Positions 13,300 through 26,689 of a DNA stretch of 64,000 nucleotides are shown piece by piece. The notes below the pieces were generated by a model. It did no database searches and was not told the origin of the DNA. It saw only the letters and a program-made list of their open reading frames with translations. Within the stretch, counting starts at the first letter, position 1; every line of letters starts with the position of its first letter. The position numbers and the translations under genes were made by a program. The stretch spans positions 32,862,001 to 32,926,000 of the forward strand of contig NC_087437.1 in assembly GCF_036321535.1 (NCBI RefSeq), written 5' to 3'. The DNA is from Camelus dromedarius (taxonomy: Eukaryota).

Positions 13300-14102
13300 C
13301 TTTTTTTGCTTGTTTAATTGAAGCATAGTTGATTTACAGTGTTGTGTTAGTTTCTAGTATATAGCTAGTGATTCAGATATATATATATAAAATTACTATA
13401 GGTTATTATTAGCTACTGAATATAGTCCCCTGTGCTATACAGTAGGACCTTATTGTTTATCTATTTTATATATAGTAGTTTTTATCTGCTAGTTCCAAAC
13501 TCCTAATTTTTCCCTCCTCCCCTTTCCTCTATGTTTGTTTTCTATGTGAGTCTATTTCTGTTTTGTAAATAAGTTCATTAGTGTCATTTTTTAAGATTTC
13601 ACATGTAAGTGATATTATATGATATTTAGATTCCAGATATGTGATGTCTTTCTCTGACTTACTTGACTTAATATGATAATCTCTAGGTCCATCCATGTAG
13701 CTGCAAAGGCATTATTTCATTCTTTTTTATGACTGAGTAGTATACCATTACATGCACACAATTTCTTTATCCAGTCATCTGTTAGTTGACATTTAGATTG
13801 CTTCCATGTCTTCGCTATTGTAAATATTGCTGCTATAAACACTGGGGTGCATGTATCTTTTTAAATTAGAGTTTCTTCCAGATATATGCCCAAGAGTGGG
13901 ATTGCTGGATCAATGTTAAGCCTATTTTTAATTTTTTAAGGAATCTTCATATTGTTTTCCGTAGTGGCCTCATTTATTGTTTGTGGAGTTTTCAATGGTA
14001 GCCATTCTGACTGGTGTGAAGTGATACCTACCTCATTGTAGTTTTGATTTGAAATTACCAATATTGAGCATCTTTTCATGTGGCTATTGGCCATCTGGAT
14101 GT
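13300..14102 (-). mobile_element. Artiodactyl/camelid-type L1 3' end, 5'-truncated
   Basis: ttgaagcatagttgatttacagtgttgtgttagtttc...cctgtgctatacagtaggacctt...agagtgggattgctggatc. Same family as 8701-9175. Confidence 0.92.
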
Positions 14103-15149
14103 TGAAGAGAGAAGGTCTTAATTTCAGTCTGTCACTTACTAGTAGAAGCAAGTTAGCAAACTGCTCTTATACAATGGTTTTCTTTATCTTTGAAATATTA
14201 GTCCTGTATTATAGCTTGTTAGAAGAATTAATAAAATATAAATATGTCTTAACAGGTGTTTTTTTATAAACATCAACTATCAAGACTTCTTCTTTAGAAA
14301 TGGTAATCACCATATTTTCAAGATAGTGGTTATAACTTGGGGAGACAGGGAGCTGCTATGGAGGGGGATTTTGTGGGGTGAGAGGTTTTAACAGTATTGT
14401 TAATATTTCACTGGATATGGGCGCTCATCATTTTGTCTATTTGTTTTAAATATTTCTTAATTGTTAAAAATAATCTTTTCTTATAAAATACCTATAACTT
14501 TACTGTGAACTATCTTAACTAATAAAGTGTCTAATACTCTTCTATCAAACGACACTGCTTACTAAGATATTCTGAAATGTATGCTTTATAATTCTGAGCT
14601 TGCTTGGGACCTGCTAATCAGAACATCATTTCCTTCTTACCATTCTAGTTATGTTATATTGCACTAAGTATGGTGTTTCTACTGTGTCTGGTAAGTAGAT
14701 GGCAGAGATCACAAATTATCTGTCTCAGGATTGAATCTGGCTGTTAGAAGTACTGTTTGTTCCACGAAGTATTGGTCTTGATGGTTACTGAACGTCTCAA
14801 GAAAAATCAAGGCTTGCATTTCTACATGACAACAGTGAGTTGGTGACTGGTACCAGCTGCTTCCTTTAGCTGGGGCATGTGCTGCACAGTTCTGCACACT
14901 CACTGTGCTTCCTGATACTGATGTCAAATGTCATTTGCCTTTCATCATTATAAGTGTTTAATTACTTGGCTCCTATAGACAGTTTAGTTTATAACTGTTA
15001 GAGAAATCAGATTCAGTAAATGTCACAGTGTTCTATTGATATTTTGCTATGATATGTTAATTTTGTTACATATTTTAATATTTATAACTTTATAAAGCAC
15101 ATGTTTGTACACTTTCTCTACAAGCATATACATAAAGTATTCTTTTTGT

Positions 15150-15800
15150 TTGTCAACTCCTCTTTCTCTCATATCCAATCAATCCTTTCATTTTACTGAT
15201 TAAATATTTCTCCAATCTAGTTTTTCCTGTTCAGCCTTAGAGTTACTGCTCCACCCCAGGCCCTCATCATCTGTCACCTGGAATTCTTTAATTGCTCCCT
15301 AACTGAGCTCCTTGCCTTCCTTCTGTCACGTTCTTTTCAGTTCATCCTCAGGTTTATTGCTCTAATGATGTACAGAGTGCAGATCTCGTCTCATCACCCC
15401 CGTTTCAAATTCTTCAAGTCTCTCCATCTTCTGTGGCAGAGGTCAGGAAACTTCTTTAAAGATCCAGTTAGTAAATATTTTAGGCTTTGTTGGCCCTAAG
15501 TTTCCTGCCACGAATAATTGACTGCTGTTGTTGAGCTGAGCACAAAAGCAACCATTGGACAAATATAAACAAATGTGCATGGCTGTGTTCCAGGAAATCT
15601 CACAAAACCGGATTTAGGCCACTGTTTCTTTAAACCCTTCTTCTGTGGTATAAAAGACTATCCTTGTCCTCCTTCCCATCTTACCTGCCACTTTCTCATC
15701 CTGTTTCTTACAGTTTATTCAGAAACACCATTCAAATTCTTAGTCTTTTCTGAGTACAACATCTTCTTTCTTTATCCAGTTATGTAATTCTTTTCACGCA
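15150..15800 (+). mobile_element. L2 fragment interrupted by MER58A
   Basis: tccaatcaatcc...ccaggccctcatcatctgtcacctgg...gcagatctcgtctcatcacccccg. Confidence 0.6.
15437..15640 (+). mobile_element. MER58A-like hAT-Charlie MITE
   Basis: cagaggtcaggaaactt...agtaaatattttaggctttgttggcc...gcatggctgtgttcca. Confidence 0.85.
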
Positions 15801-15941
15801 GGCTGTTTTTTTTGCAAATAGCAAAATACTCAAATATGTCTTACGAATGTTAATTCTCAAATGATGGTATCATATATATAAACATGAGGTTATGTAGTCA
15901 CTTGCTGACATATTTATAAATGCATTGTGAAGTAAAGTCTT

Positions 15942-16138
15942 TTTTTTTTAACATTTTTTATTGATTTATAATCGTTTTACATTGTTGTGTCAAATTCCAG
16001 TGTAGAGCACAATTTTTCAGTTATACATGAACATATATATATTCATTGTCACATTTTTTTCTCTGTGAGCTACCATAAGATCTTGTGTATATTTCCCTGT
16101 GCTATACAGTATAATCTTGTTTATCTATTCTACAATAT
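15942..16138 (-). mobile_element. Young camelid-type L1 3' end (197 bp, 5'-truncated)
   Basis: Poly(T), then aacattttttattgatttataatc...ccctgtgctatacagtataatcttg. Perfect 14-bp TSD TGAAGTAAAGTCTT at 15928-15941 and 16139-16152. Confidence 0.9.
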
Positions 16139-16879
16139 TGAAGTAAAGTCTTAAGTATTAAAAAGTTTTTAACAGGTCTTCATAAAAATCATAACCTTGG
16201 TACAATCCATGTTATAGTTTGGATACCATCAACACATTATCCAAAAATCTCAGAATAAGGTCACTGATACGAAAGTAGTTTCAACATTATTTACTGTATT
16301 GAATCAATGTTCATTGAGAGAACAATTTTAGAGCAGTAGTAGAAATTGAAAGCAGTAACTCACATTGTGTCCTATCTTCATCACAATTGCTCCTTTCAAG
16401 TACTGTAAGGAAAAGAGAAAATATTTGGTTTTAGGATATGATTTGCCTGAGGTATTGTACTTTAAATTGCTATTTAAATTCTAATAGGCCATTTTGCATG
16501 TTTCCATATAGCAAGAAATAACCCAACCTGAGAATATGTTGATAAATGTGTGGGTTTTGTTTCATTTTTAAATTGCAGTTATTTAGGTTGTTGCTGATTG
16601 GTACATGTTGGGTAGTAAACAAAACCTATTCCAGTAAAAAAAAAAAAATGAAAGAATTTCATTCTTGCATCATAATAATGAAAAGTGTGATTTGATAACA
16701 AAGGTGAGAGAATAGATTGGTAGAGCTGCTGTGATGGAATTTTGTTAAGATGTGAATGGATATTAATACTGATTATGATAAAGTTCTCTTAATTTTCTGA
16801 TACTCATGTAACAATGCATTAATTTATAAGCTCCATCTATTAAAACTGACTTGTAAACGTCTTTGTGGTTGATTTTTAG

Positions 16880-16931
16880 CCACCAGCTGAACAGGCCAAA
16901 GCCAGACTACAGCTGGTTCTGGAAGCTGCTG
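16880..16931 (+). CDS. RSRC1: Internal coding exon (52 nt, phase 0 to phase 1) of arginine/serine-rich coiled-coil protein 1 (SRrp53)
   Basis: ttttag|CCACCAGCTGAACAGGCCAAAGCCAGACTACAGCTGGTTCTGGAAGCTGCTG|gtgagt translates to [17 protein letters not shown]+G, matching the recalled RSRC1 segment ...[30 protein letters not shown]. AG acceptor at 16878-16879, GTGAGT donor at 16932-16937, branch-point-like CTGAC at 16846-16850. Confidence 0.95.
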
Positions 16932-19900
16932 GTGAGTATTAATAATTAAGTTTATTTAAATGAAAAAAATGTGAAATAACTCCTAGCATTCTTACAGGTG
17001 GGTTGAAGAGGAAAAACACCTATTTTCTTACAGTCTCACAAGTTTATGATATCTGAATATGGACATATTTTACCTCAAATATTTATTGCTATAGTATAAT
17101 GTTAAAAGGTCATTTACCTTCTTATTTATAAAATTGCCTTCGATTTTAGTTTTAATTTTCATGAAGTCCACTATTGACTTTTGCCTTTTATGGACTGTGC
17201 TTTTGGTGGCATCTTAAAGAAAATTTTTATACTTTTACATTTTTATGTTCAGGACTGTAATCTGTTTTGATTTAATTTTAATTTTTTATTTTATTTTGAT
17301 AATCATGAGTTCTAGATGAAGATTTTCATTATTCTAAAGGAAATGAGATGAATGTGGTTTAATAATTCCTCCACTTACATTGGGCTAACTCATTGGACTG
17401 CTTGTTCTGGATACCATCTAATCTTAAAATCCTATGTTTTAATATCTCAATTGCACAATAATGCTTAGACTTTGATTTTTTAGGTTATGGTACCCAGATT
17501 CATGTAGACATTAGATACTTTATGTTTTTAAAAATATAAAGAATCCATCTTATCTTTTCCAAGTAACTGGTATTTTACTCTGAATTTTAATGTGCTTTTC
17601 AAAAAATATATATAGCATTCAAATTATAAGTTGTCAAGATCAAGCACAAGGTAAGATTAGAATAATACCACCAAAGTTGTACATATCTCTTAAAATTATT
17701 TACTTTTTAAAGATCTGTAAAGAGTTCATAATTTCTAATTGGAAAGTGAGACTTCTATTTTAATACCAAAGTAATTTCAGACTTCCAAATGGTAATAGTT
17801 ATATTTTTAATATTCATTAATTGAGAAAATACATATATACACACTAAACTTCAAGGATTTCTTGCATAAGTTCCTTTTATTCCCACTCTAAGTGTCCATA
17901 GTATAAAGATTTGGAACTCCAGGATAAATGATATAGTAGCTTCATAAATCACTAATTGAAGTAACTTATCATATAGGGATTAAAAATTAATAAATGTTTT
18001 GACTGTGCACCTCTATACTGCTTCATATTACTTTAAGTCACTTATATTTTATGTATTAATCCTCATTTTATCTTTATGTAGAAAACATGATTTACTTAAA
18101 TGCTGATTGCTATTGGGTTTTTCAAATTTTGACTCTAATAAAGCTAATTAATATGATTCTCTGTTATTTATATTATATATATTCATTCTTTAGTGGCATT
18201 TTGCTTTGAAAAAATATTTCCAGTTTATAACTTGAATATTGACAAGCTCTTGCTTTAAAGGAAAATATTTATGGTGCTTAGTCCAGAAAATATTTATTTC
18301 TATTAATACAACTGTAAAGAATTTTATTTTTTAGTGTTATACAGTTTTCTTTATCTTTTAGTATGATTTTGAAGCGTGTTATAAAATAGATCTGACAATC
18401 CAAACTTTATAGTGTATAACTTGCTTATATTGGTCCCAGCGGTCACCCATCATTTTTAAATTTAACATTCTAAATTCTATTAAGGATAAAGAGTAAGGTT
18501 CAGTGAATTTGACAAACATTCAAAATATTACGTCAATTTTCAAATAAAAATAACTTACATTGTCCCCATAAGCAAAGGACAGACCTTACCTAGATGTAGC
18601 ATTATTTATGTCATCATTTTCTTATTGAATAGGCTGTCTCTAGCTTTTCCTAATTATCAATAACATTGTGATGCACATCCTGTTACAAGTTGTGTTTTTC
18701 ATATGTTAGATTTTTTTTTTTTTGGATTGATTGCCGTAGAATTGAGGTTAGTGGGTGTTAATATTTAGAGTGACTTTTAATACATTTTTCCTAAATTGTT
18801 TTACAAAAAGATTGTGCTACTTTTCATTGTCACTAGTTAAGAAACCATTTTACCAAATTTCACTTTTGGATGCCAGTTCCATGACTATATTGCTTGTATA
18901 ACATGAAATACATATTATACCCTTTGAAAAACATCCAGTACTATTATTAATGAGAACTTGTGGCCCTGGAGAGGGGAAGTAGATGGATAGAGGGGCACTA
19001 AGCAAATATATAACTTACTGTCAAGGTTCTAGATCTCTGTTTCAGTGATGAATCAAGGTGTTCATTGTATTATTAACAATAAACAAATAAGCAAAATAAA
19101 GTAGGGGGAATAAGAACTTGAGCTCTGTCTGGTAAGGCTTGTGGTTAAAGTCTAGCCTAGTCCAAAGTCTGAAGTAGCTGGATAGAAAGGTCTGGTAGTT
19201 CACATTCTGTCTCTTTGGAGTTTACTTGAGTTCCCAGGGAAAACACCCTCAACTTTGAGGCTTTAAAATTAGATATGGGGAAAAACCTAAGGCTGTATGC
19301 TAGATTCTTGAGGCAAGATTTATTTCAGCCTTATAATTACCATAATCTGGTAGAGGGGATTCATATTTATAAATCTTGCCGATTACACTGTCTTTTACTC
19401 TGTATGTCCCAGAAGAAACTTTTATATATAACCATTGCGTTGTTACTGATTTATTAATAAATGTTAATAATGCTATTGGTTTGGAAATAAAATATGTTTA
19501 GAACTTTTGGCAATGATTGTTAGTGGTATGATTCTGAAAGACATAAGTGTGAGTAAAGTAACATTAAGCAAAATATAACTGTATGGGTGTCATGTATGTT
19601 GTATCAAACATGAATTTGAAATGAGAGATTTTATTGTATTTGTGATCATATTTTGTACGTACTAAACTGTTAACACTTTTACACTTTGCTATGCTAAATC
19701 TTCCGACTTTTATGTTCATTGCCAAATTGAAATTGAAATGAAATCTCATGGCTCTTGTTTAACTTTTAATTTGAAGGTGATGTGAATTTAAGGTTATATC
19801 TCATGTTTGTTTGTTTGTTTTCTTCCCAAATGCAATAGGACACAGAAGCTTGTAAAGCTATGTAATTTTGTAAGTCTGAATCTTTCAGTTATAACTTCGG

Positions 19901-20360
19901 CTAATGTTTTATTCTGATATTGAGTAAATCCAATTAAAAATGCTGTTGGCCATGAATTCTTTCTTTTTTAAAAATTCTTTTACCATTCTTCCGTTCATTC
20001 AGATTCAAAACTTTGAAATGTTTATCCTTGACTTCTTTATAGGCAACCTAGAATTGGTACTCTAATTTTGAAGTATTTTTTATAGTAATCCTTCTATTAT
20101 CTTTCGCCAGCTCCTTAGTCTAGACCAAGCATTCCACCCAAAGTTTAATCTGTTACCTCCTAATTGGTCTCTTGCTTCAATTCCTTTACTTCTCCAGAGA
20201 GGGTACTGAATAGTGGAAGAGTTCTAAGCTTTCTCCTTTTATTCACTCATTCTGTCCTTTAGTCGTTTGATGTTTATTATTTAGCCAAAACAGAAGTTTG
20301 TCTTTTTTAATGGAATATAACAGATGTGTAATATTTTCTAGTTCACTGTATTTCTCTACT

Positions 20361-21000
20361 TTTTAAAAGTAATTGAGGTGAAATTCAAATAATGTAAAAT
20401 TAATCATAATTGTTTATATCGAACAATTCAGTGGCATTAAATACATTCACAGTGCTACATAACCGCCACCTCTGTCTAGTTTCAAAACATTTCCAAAGTA
20501 AAACCCCTCACCTATTAAGCTCGTTTCTCTCCATTTTCCTGACCCATAGCTCCTGGTAACCACCTGTCTGCCCTCTGTCTCTATGGATTTATCCATTCTG
20601 CATATTTATCAATGGAGTCATACAATGTGTAACCTTGTATAACTAACCTCTTTCATTTAGCATAATATTTTGGAGGTATGGTTACATTGTAGCAAGTGTC
20701 AGTATTTTATTCCTTTTTATGGCTGAATAATATCCATTGTTATATATTTATGCCATGTGTTATCCATTCATATATTGATGGAAGTTTGGTTTTTTTCTAC
20801 CTTTTGGCTATTGTGAATAGTGTAGCTGTGAGCATGCATACACATGTACTTATTTGAGGATCTGATTGTAATTTTGAGAGGTGTACACTTAGGAGTGTAA
20901 TTATAGGGTCTTTTGGTAGTTCTGTGTTTAACTTTTTGCAGAACCACCAAACTTCTCCACAGTGGCTGAACCGCATTACATTCCCACCAGTAATATACAA
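20361..21000 (-). mobile_element. L1MB-type 3' end
   Basis: aattgaggtgaaattc...acaattcagtggcattaaatacattcacag...ctctatggatttatccattctg...tacattcccaccagtaat. Confidence 0.9.
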
Positions 21001-21029
21001 GTATAACCTCCTATCGTCTCAGTGAGACC

Positions 21030-21780
21030 ATGTCATGCATTTAAGTTATCTGTTTGAAAGTATTTAGGTTTGAGGATTTCTCTCTACCATAATAATTTCC
21101 TAGTCTGTCAGAGGGAAGATGATAACTACCTTATAGAGCTGTTGTGAAGATAAATATTATAATACATGAAATGCCTAGCCTAGAGTCTTGCAAAAGGGGT
21201 CCACCAGAAAATTTTTATTTCCATATTGCTTTTTGTGAATACCACTGCTAGGTGATTCTTTCTCAGCCACCATTTGGTCATGCTACGTCTTTGCTCAAAA
21301 TTATTCAATGGCTCTAAATTGCTTACAAGATCAGTTTTACACTTCTGTGCTTAAGATTCCAGATTTCTGACTTTTCCAAGTTTATTTCTCAGAATTCATT
21401 TTTGTACTTCTTCTCATTGTTCTTTGATTTACTCATGTTCTTTTCTACCTGGGAATCTTTGCTTGTGTATTCTCCTCCTCTAGAAATGTCTTTCTCCTTC
21501 TTTTCCTCTCTTAACACTTCAGTAAGCATCTCAAATAAAATTTCCACATGACTTCCCTGACCATTCCAGCACATAATCTTTATGTTCTCCTTTGACTTCT
21601 TTTTCTCCTTTTCTATGTACACCATTCATGTTGATATTTACTCACATACTGCTGATATTAATATTAGTTTCATGAGTGTTGGACTTATTTTCTAAATGAA
21701 ATAATAAATGTCTGAAGGTCAGGAACCATATCTAAAACTTCTAAATCTTCCCCAGTAGTTTTGATAGCACCTGTAGTGGT
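21030..21780 (+). mobile_element. MIR fragment followed by L2 fragment
   Basis: gataactaccttatagagctgttgtgaagataaat (MIR); tggtcatgctacgtctttgctcaaaattattcaatggctct (L2). Confidence 0.55.
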
Positions 21781-22469
21781 ACTATACCAGATTGAATTCT
21801 AGCTATTAATCTTTGGTAAATAAGTTATTTTGGAAAAACAAATGTTCTGAAAAAACTGGAAAGTATGCCTTTAGATGCTGGTGTATTCATTTCAAACTCT
21901 GGTGGATTTCAAGTAAATATATTAAAAAGTTCCCTGGCCTCAAAAACAGAAGTTATACAGCAACAGTAGACTTTTTAATCTTAAGCTTTAAGGTAGTACA
22001 TGACAGAAGAGGTAATGAAGCCTAATTATCACACAGGAGAAGAGGGAGATAATAAGTTTACTTTAAGACTTGTCTCCCTCACTTTTGCTCTCACTGTTGT
22101 TTGGCTTGTTAGCACCATTCCAAACATTATTTGGGTTTTTCTCAAAAACACAGTATCATCTTATGCTAAGTATGTTCATAGTTCTGAAGAAGAATTTAGA
22201 GGAGAGACTTTTCCAAAACATAAATATTTTTCATCAGCATGAAAAGATAACACTTCTCACAACATAGTTTTAAGAAATAATTTCTCCTTACTATTTTACT
22301 TTTAATAGGATTATTGGCATCTGCAGCCTTTAAAATTATATCTCTAATGTTATAAGAAAAATAGAAATTTCTTTTAGTATATGTATGGTAAGTCACCTTT
22401 ATCACACAATTTCTGTGTAATATTTCATTTTCTGAATAGTATCTACAACCCTTTTTATTGAGCTTTATA

Positions 22470-22650
22470 GTTTTCACAGCACGTTCATAAACCTTTTTAT
22501 CATTTGACTCGCGTCACTGCATGGAGAGCTAATTAATTCCATGTTACAAATATCCTGAAAGCTTAAAAATGACTTGTAAAAGAGCACATAGCTAATAAGT
22601 GGCAGAACCAGGACTTAAATCCAATGATTTCTGACTTCTGAGCTATTTCG
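22470..22650 (-). mobile_element. MIR fragment
   Basis: atgacttgtaaaagagcacatagctaataagtggcagaaccaggacttaaatcca. Confidence 0.65.
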
Positions 22651-23534
22651 ATCTTATAGGTTAAATTCATGAGTTAGGCTGGGGAGAAAGAAGGGTGATA
22701 GAAAACATTATCAAATACATGTCTTCTTTTGTTAGGCATAATGCTACAATTTCCTTACAGTAAAATAATTTCTATCCTCAAGCAAGCCTTTAATTCTAAA
22801 ATGAGTTTTCATTGATAATACAAAAGGAATAAAGTTTTAGTCAGAAGGAAAGTTTTTTTTCCTTAACTATTAAGGGTGCTCATAATAGCTGTGTTTCTGA
22901 TAACTTTGAAAAATCTAAGGTAATGTTTTATAATCACCAGTGGGTTTTTCTTCAGCCTATCTAGGGACATGTACTTCAGTGACCCTTGCTGGGATGGAAG
23001 CTGATTAAATATTGTAAAAAAGATATAAATTACACACATAAGCTTACTATAGCAAGGAAATAAACTGTTTTTAGGAGTAAGCCCTAAATGTTTCATTCCA
23101 TCCCAGTTCTTCTGCAGCATGTTAAATTTGGATTTTCTTCTCTTGGTTGCCCATAAGTACCTGGAAGCCAAGTCCTGACCCTTTCTCTTCATAGTCATGT
23201 AGTCTTGGAGCTCCAGTCTAGCTTTAAATATTTGTGGTTCTAAGAATTACAATGAGATTGCCATAATAATGTTCTATTGTTTCTTTAGAGCATAGAAAGC
23301 CATTCTGCTACCCTGGTTTAAACTTGACAGAGGTTTTGCTCTGTAGGTTTCTGACTGCTGATCTCTGGCTCCAAGAAATAGGCTGATTTACTGTGAGAGA
23401 GGCTTTCATGTAGGGCAAAACTGAAAAACAGAGCAAGTGATTGAAAAGTTAACTTCTAGTTCATGTAAATAAATAGTTTTCAGACTTCTCTTTACCACCC
23501 CTCCCCACAGGCTTCTGCTTGATTGTGTGTTGTT

Positions 23535-23970
23535 AGTCTAGGTTCATATTCGGCCTCACTAACTGACTTTGTGAGCTTGGACAGATCACTTTCCCTTTAC
23601 TCTCCTTTAGTTTCCTCATCTGTAAAAAGAAGATATTAATAGTACATAACTAATGGGGTTGTTGTGGACTTAAAATGTGTTAACATTTGTATAACACCTA
23701 GAACAGAACCTGGTACATAGTAAGCATTCAGTATATGTTAGCAATTAGTCTGAAAGGCAGTATAGTATGGTGGTCAGGTTCTCAAGTCAGAAGGCTTTAT
23801 TTACTGATAAAACCATGGGAAAATTGTTAAAGCTTGCTGGACCTCAGTGTTTTCATTTATGAAGTGGGAATAATATGTACCTTTATAGTTTTTATGAGAA
23901 ACAAATAAATTAATAAAGTATTTAGAACAGCACCTAACTTTTAACTGAGTGTCCTATAGACATTAGCTTG
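23535..23970 (+). mobile_element. Two adjacent MIR SINEs
   Basis: tttagtttcctcatctgtaaaa...cctggtacatagtaagcattcagtatatgttagc, then ggcagtatagtatggtgg...cctcagtgttttcatttatgaagtgggaataat. Confidence 0.8.
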
Positions 23971-24639
23971 GAGGAGTGGAAGTAGTTTTTATGGCATCAC
24001 TGAGTGGCTTTATGAGGTAAACAAAGAAGAGACATTGAGCCAAACATCCTCCTCATACCAGCCTACATACACAGTTAGAAGTTACCAAGAATTAATAATT
24101 CTTGTGCTTTTTTAAAGAAACAAATGAATAAAACCTTGAATAGTTTAATTGACTTGGGCATTGATGAAAACCTTTGTTTCATCAAATGTAGTTTCTGTGA
24201 ACTTTAGAAATTCTGCATAAAATTTAAAAGCTTTAATGCAAAATCAAATTGATAATGTTAACTTGACTCCGATTTCCAGTAATGAACATGATTTTGGACT
24301 TTGTGTTAATCTAGAAAGATATATTAGTGCTTCCTAAAGAGAATCATTAAATAAATTACTTTATTAAAACATAAATTATTTGTTTTAGCATCAGTTACAT
24401 ATTTATATTTGAATAAGTGTAATTTATCCCTAATAATATTTAGTAAGAAGAAAGCTATCAGTTAGAGTCTAACAATATCACAGCAACTTGCCATGTTTGA
24501 GCAGATGTTAAGCAGACAGTAGTTGAATGTTAATTTTGAGAGGGTGGTATGTTTAAGCCTAGCTGAAGTATGTTGCATGTGGGCTTTCTAGACTCGAGTA
24601 CAATGCTGGATCTCTGGGGAGAATTTTAAAGCTAAACCT

Positions 24640-25060
24640 CTTTCTTTTGGGTCCTCTATATGGACTCTCTCAAGTCAGTATAAAGCAGATCATCCCTAGG
24701 CTAAAGCCCTTCAGCTTTTGTATTGGGCTCTGTAGACCTGTAATTAGGCCTCCTGGCAGGCCTTGCAGGCCAGTTAATGGTCATATGGAGTTTCTGTGAG
24801 GCAGACTGGCTTTGTATAAATCCTGGGTAGGAATATGTTTATGGGTCACTTCCTACCAGGACCGTGCTTTGTCCTTATGCCCTGCGGGCTGACAGGGAGC
24901 AGGTTCCCTTGACCATGGACTGTTCAGTTTGCAACTCAAAATCTACTCCACTAATCCCCAGTGTAAACAGAGGATTTAGAAGGGCTTCTGTCACTTACAG
25001 TTGCCAATTCACTTGGGTGTCTGTGAATTTATTTTTCCCCAGATTTCATTATTAAAAGAC
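24640..25060. promoter_or_regulatory. Candidate conserved element, GC-richer island with short inverted repeats
   Basis: Visibly GC-richer than its flanks, no common repeat recognised, TAATTAG and TTAATGG homeodomain cores, hairpin at 24821-24861. Confidence 0.35.
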
Positions 25061-26689
25061 TGACAAATGTATAAGATTTGGATGTTTGCTTATAAATCAA
25101 GTATGCAGTTTCTTTTTCACTGGTTTTAAAATCATTGTAAATAATTTACCTAATTATGAATTATGTAATGAGGTTTTTTTAAAGCACTCTTTAATATTTC
25201 TTAATTGAAGCCATTAAAAAATTTGGAATGATAGCCAACCTATTCCTATAAGAGAAATTATAGGTCTATTTTTATGATAAGAATAAATAACATTATGTAA
25301 AGAAATTTATCATAAAGTAATGTAGATTTCAGATAAATCAAAGAAATAAGTAATTCAAAACTCTTCTGTATGATACATTTTATGTTACTAAAAATTCCAT
25401 TTTTGTGTAACTGAGAGCTTTAGGAAGGAGGAATATCAGATCAGTATATAAAATGCTTAATAAATACGTATTCCATGAAGTATTTAAAATAATAAGAGTG
25501 CCATTTATTGAGCATCTACTACTACATTGTAAGCACGTTTATACATATTCACATATTATAAAAATTTTTAATCATTGATCCATGCTTCCTAACCAGGCAG
25601 AATATTTGGATTTTTAAGAAAGTCATGATTGAGATTTCTTGTTTTTCTATTTTGTTTACTCTTTTACTTCATTTTTTAATCTTTTTTTCTTGGATTATAT
25701 TAAGATTTGATTCTAAAATGTGTAAGTTTTGAGTGTGCTCTGTACAGAACTGTTGCCTATCTTCCTATGAGCCAATTTTTCTTTTAGGGGGAAATCAAAT
25801 GATGAATACTTTCCCAGGTCTCATCTAGTAAATCAGTGCTCAGTATTTTGCATTTTGTGATGTAGAAATGGTTCATGACAGATGTGGCTGAAAAGACCAC
25901 ATACGTAGACTGTATGATTTTAGTCTGGTGGAACTAATAGGATCACTCATTACATTTTAGACCCTGGGGTTTCTTTTTTCTTTCATAATAAAAAAAAAAA
26001 AAACTGTTTAAATAGAGTGGCCCTTTTTGTGTGTGAATATAGCATCTTCCCCTAAATTTACAAAGAGTTGATGGTAACAAATCAACAAATAACTTACTCT
26101 TCCAAAAAGTTTTTATTAGTGTTTATTTAATATTAACTCCTAGTTTTTAATTGTCCTACCATCCCATAGAAGTCAAGATTTTGTTCTATTTTTAGAAAGG
26201 GTTTTTCTTTGAATTTTATATAGCAAAATTAGAAAATGCATTCCTTAGAGAATGCAAGACCTGTGAATTAAATAGAGTTATATGATAATAAAAATAAATT
26301 TTGCAAATATTGAAATAATTAATGACAACAAAAATACATTATATGCTAGGAATTCTTGGTATTCACTTAAAACTAGGAGAATCATAGTATAGCCTATTTT
26401 GCTTTTTAGTGTATACAGTGTATTTACTGAAATAGAAATATATTTGTGATCTATTTTGGAATTGAAAAAATGAAGGCTCCTGAACAATGTGAAGGCTCTG
26501 ATCCTATTTTAGGTTTGACCAAAAGTCAGTGTTTACATTGAAAAATACCCTGGGTGATTTATATCAAAATGCTAATAGTAGTTATTGTCTCTGGGCAGTG
26601 GTTTTTAAGGTTATTTAAAATTTTTTTTGGCTTGTCTTTATTTTCCAATTGTTTTGTAGTTACAGAGAGAAGCTAGAGATATAGAAAAG

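Larger units (their letters stand above)
1..16879 (+). other. RSRC1: Intron upstream of the RSRC1 exon (5' end outside window)
   Basis: The preceding RSRC1 exon (...ESGNIKAGLEHL) was not seen in the window. The region is repeat-rich and noncoding. Confidence 0.8.

Noticed and set aside
22000..22242. 80-aa ATG ORF with a hydrophobic, transmembrane-like stretch
   Set aside because: No recognisable homology, promoter or splice context. T-rich DNA readily yields hydrophobic runs by chance.
24821..24861. Hairpin as a pre-miRNA
   Set aside because: The stem is only about 12 bp and does not extend.
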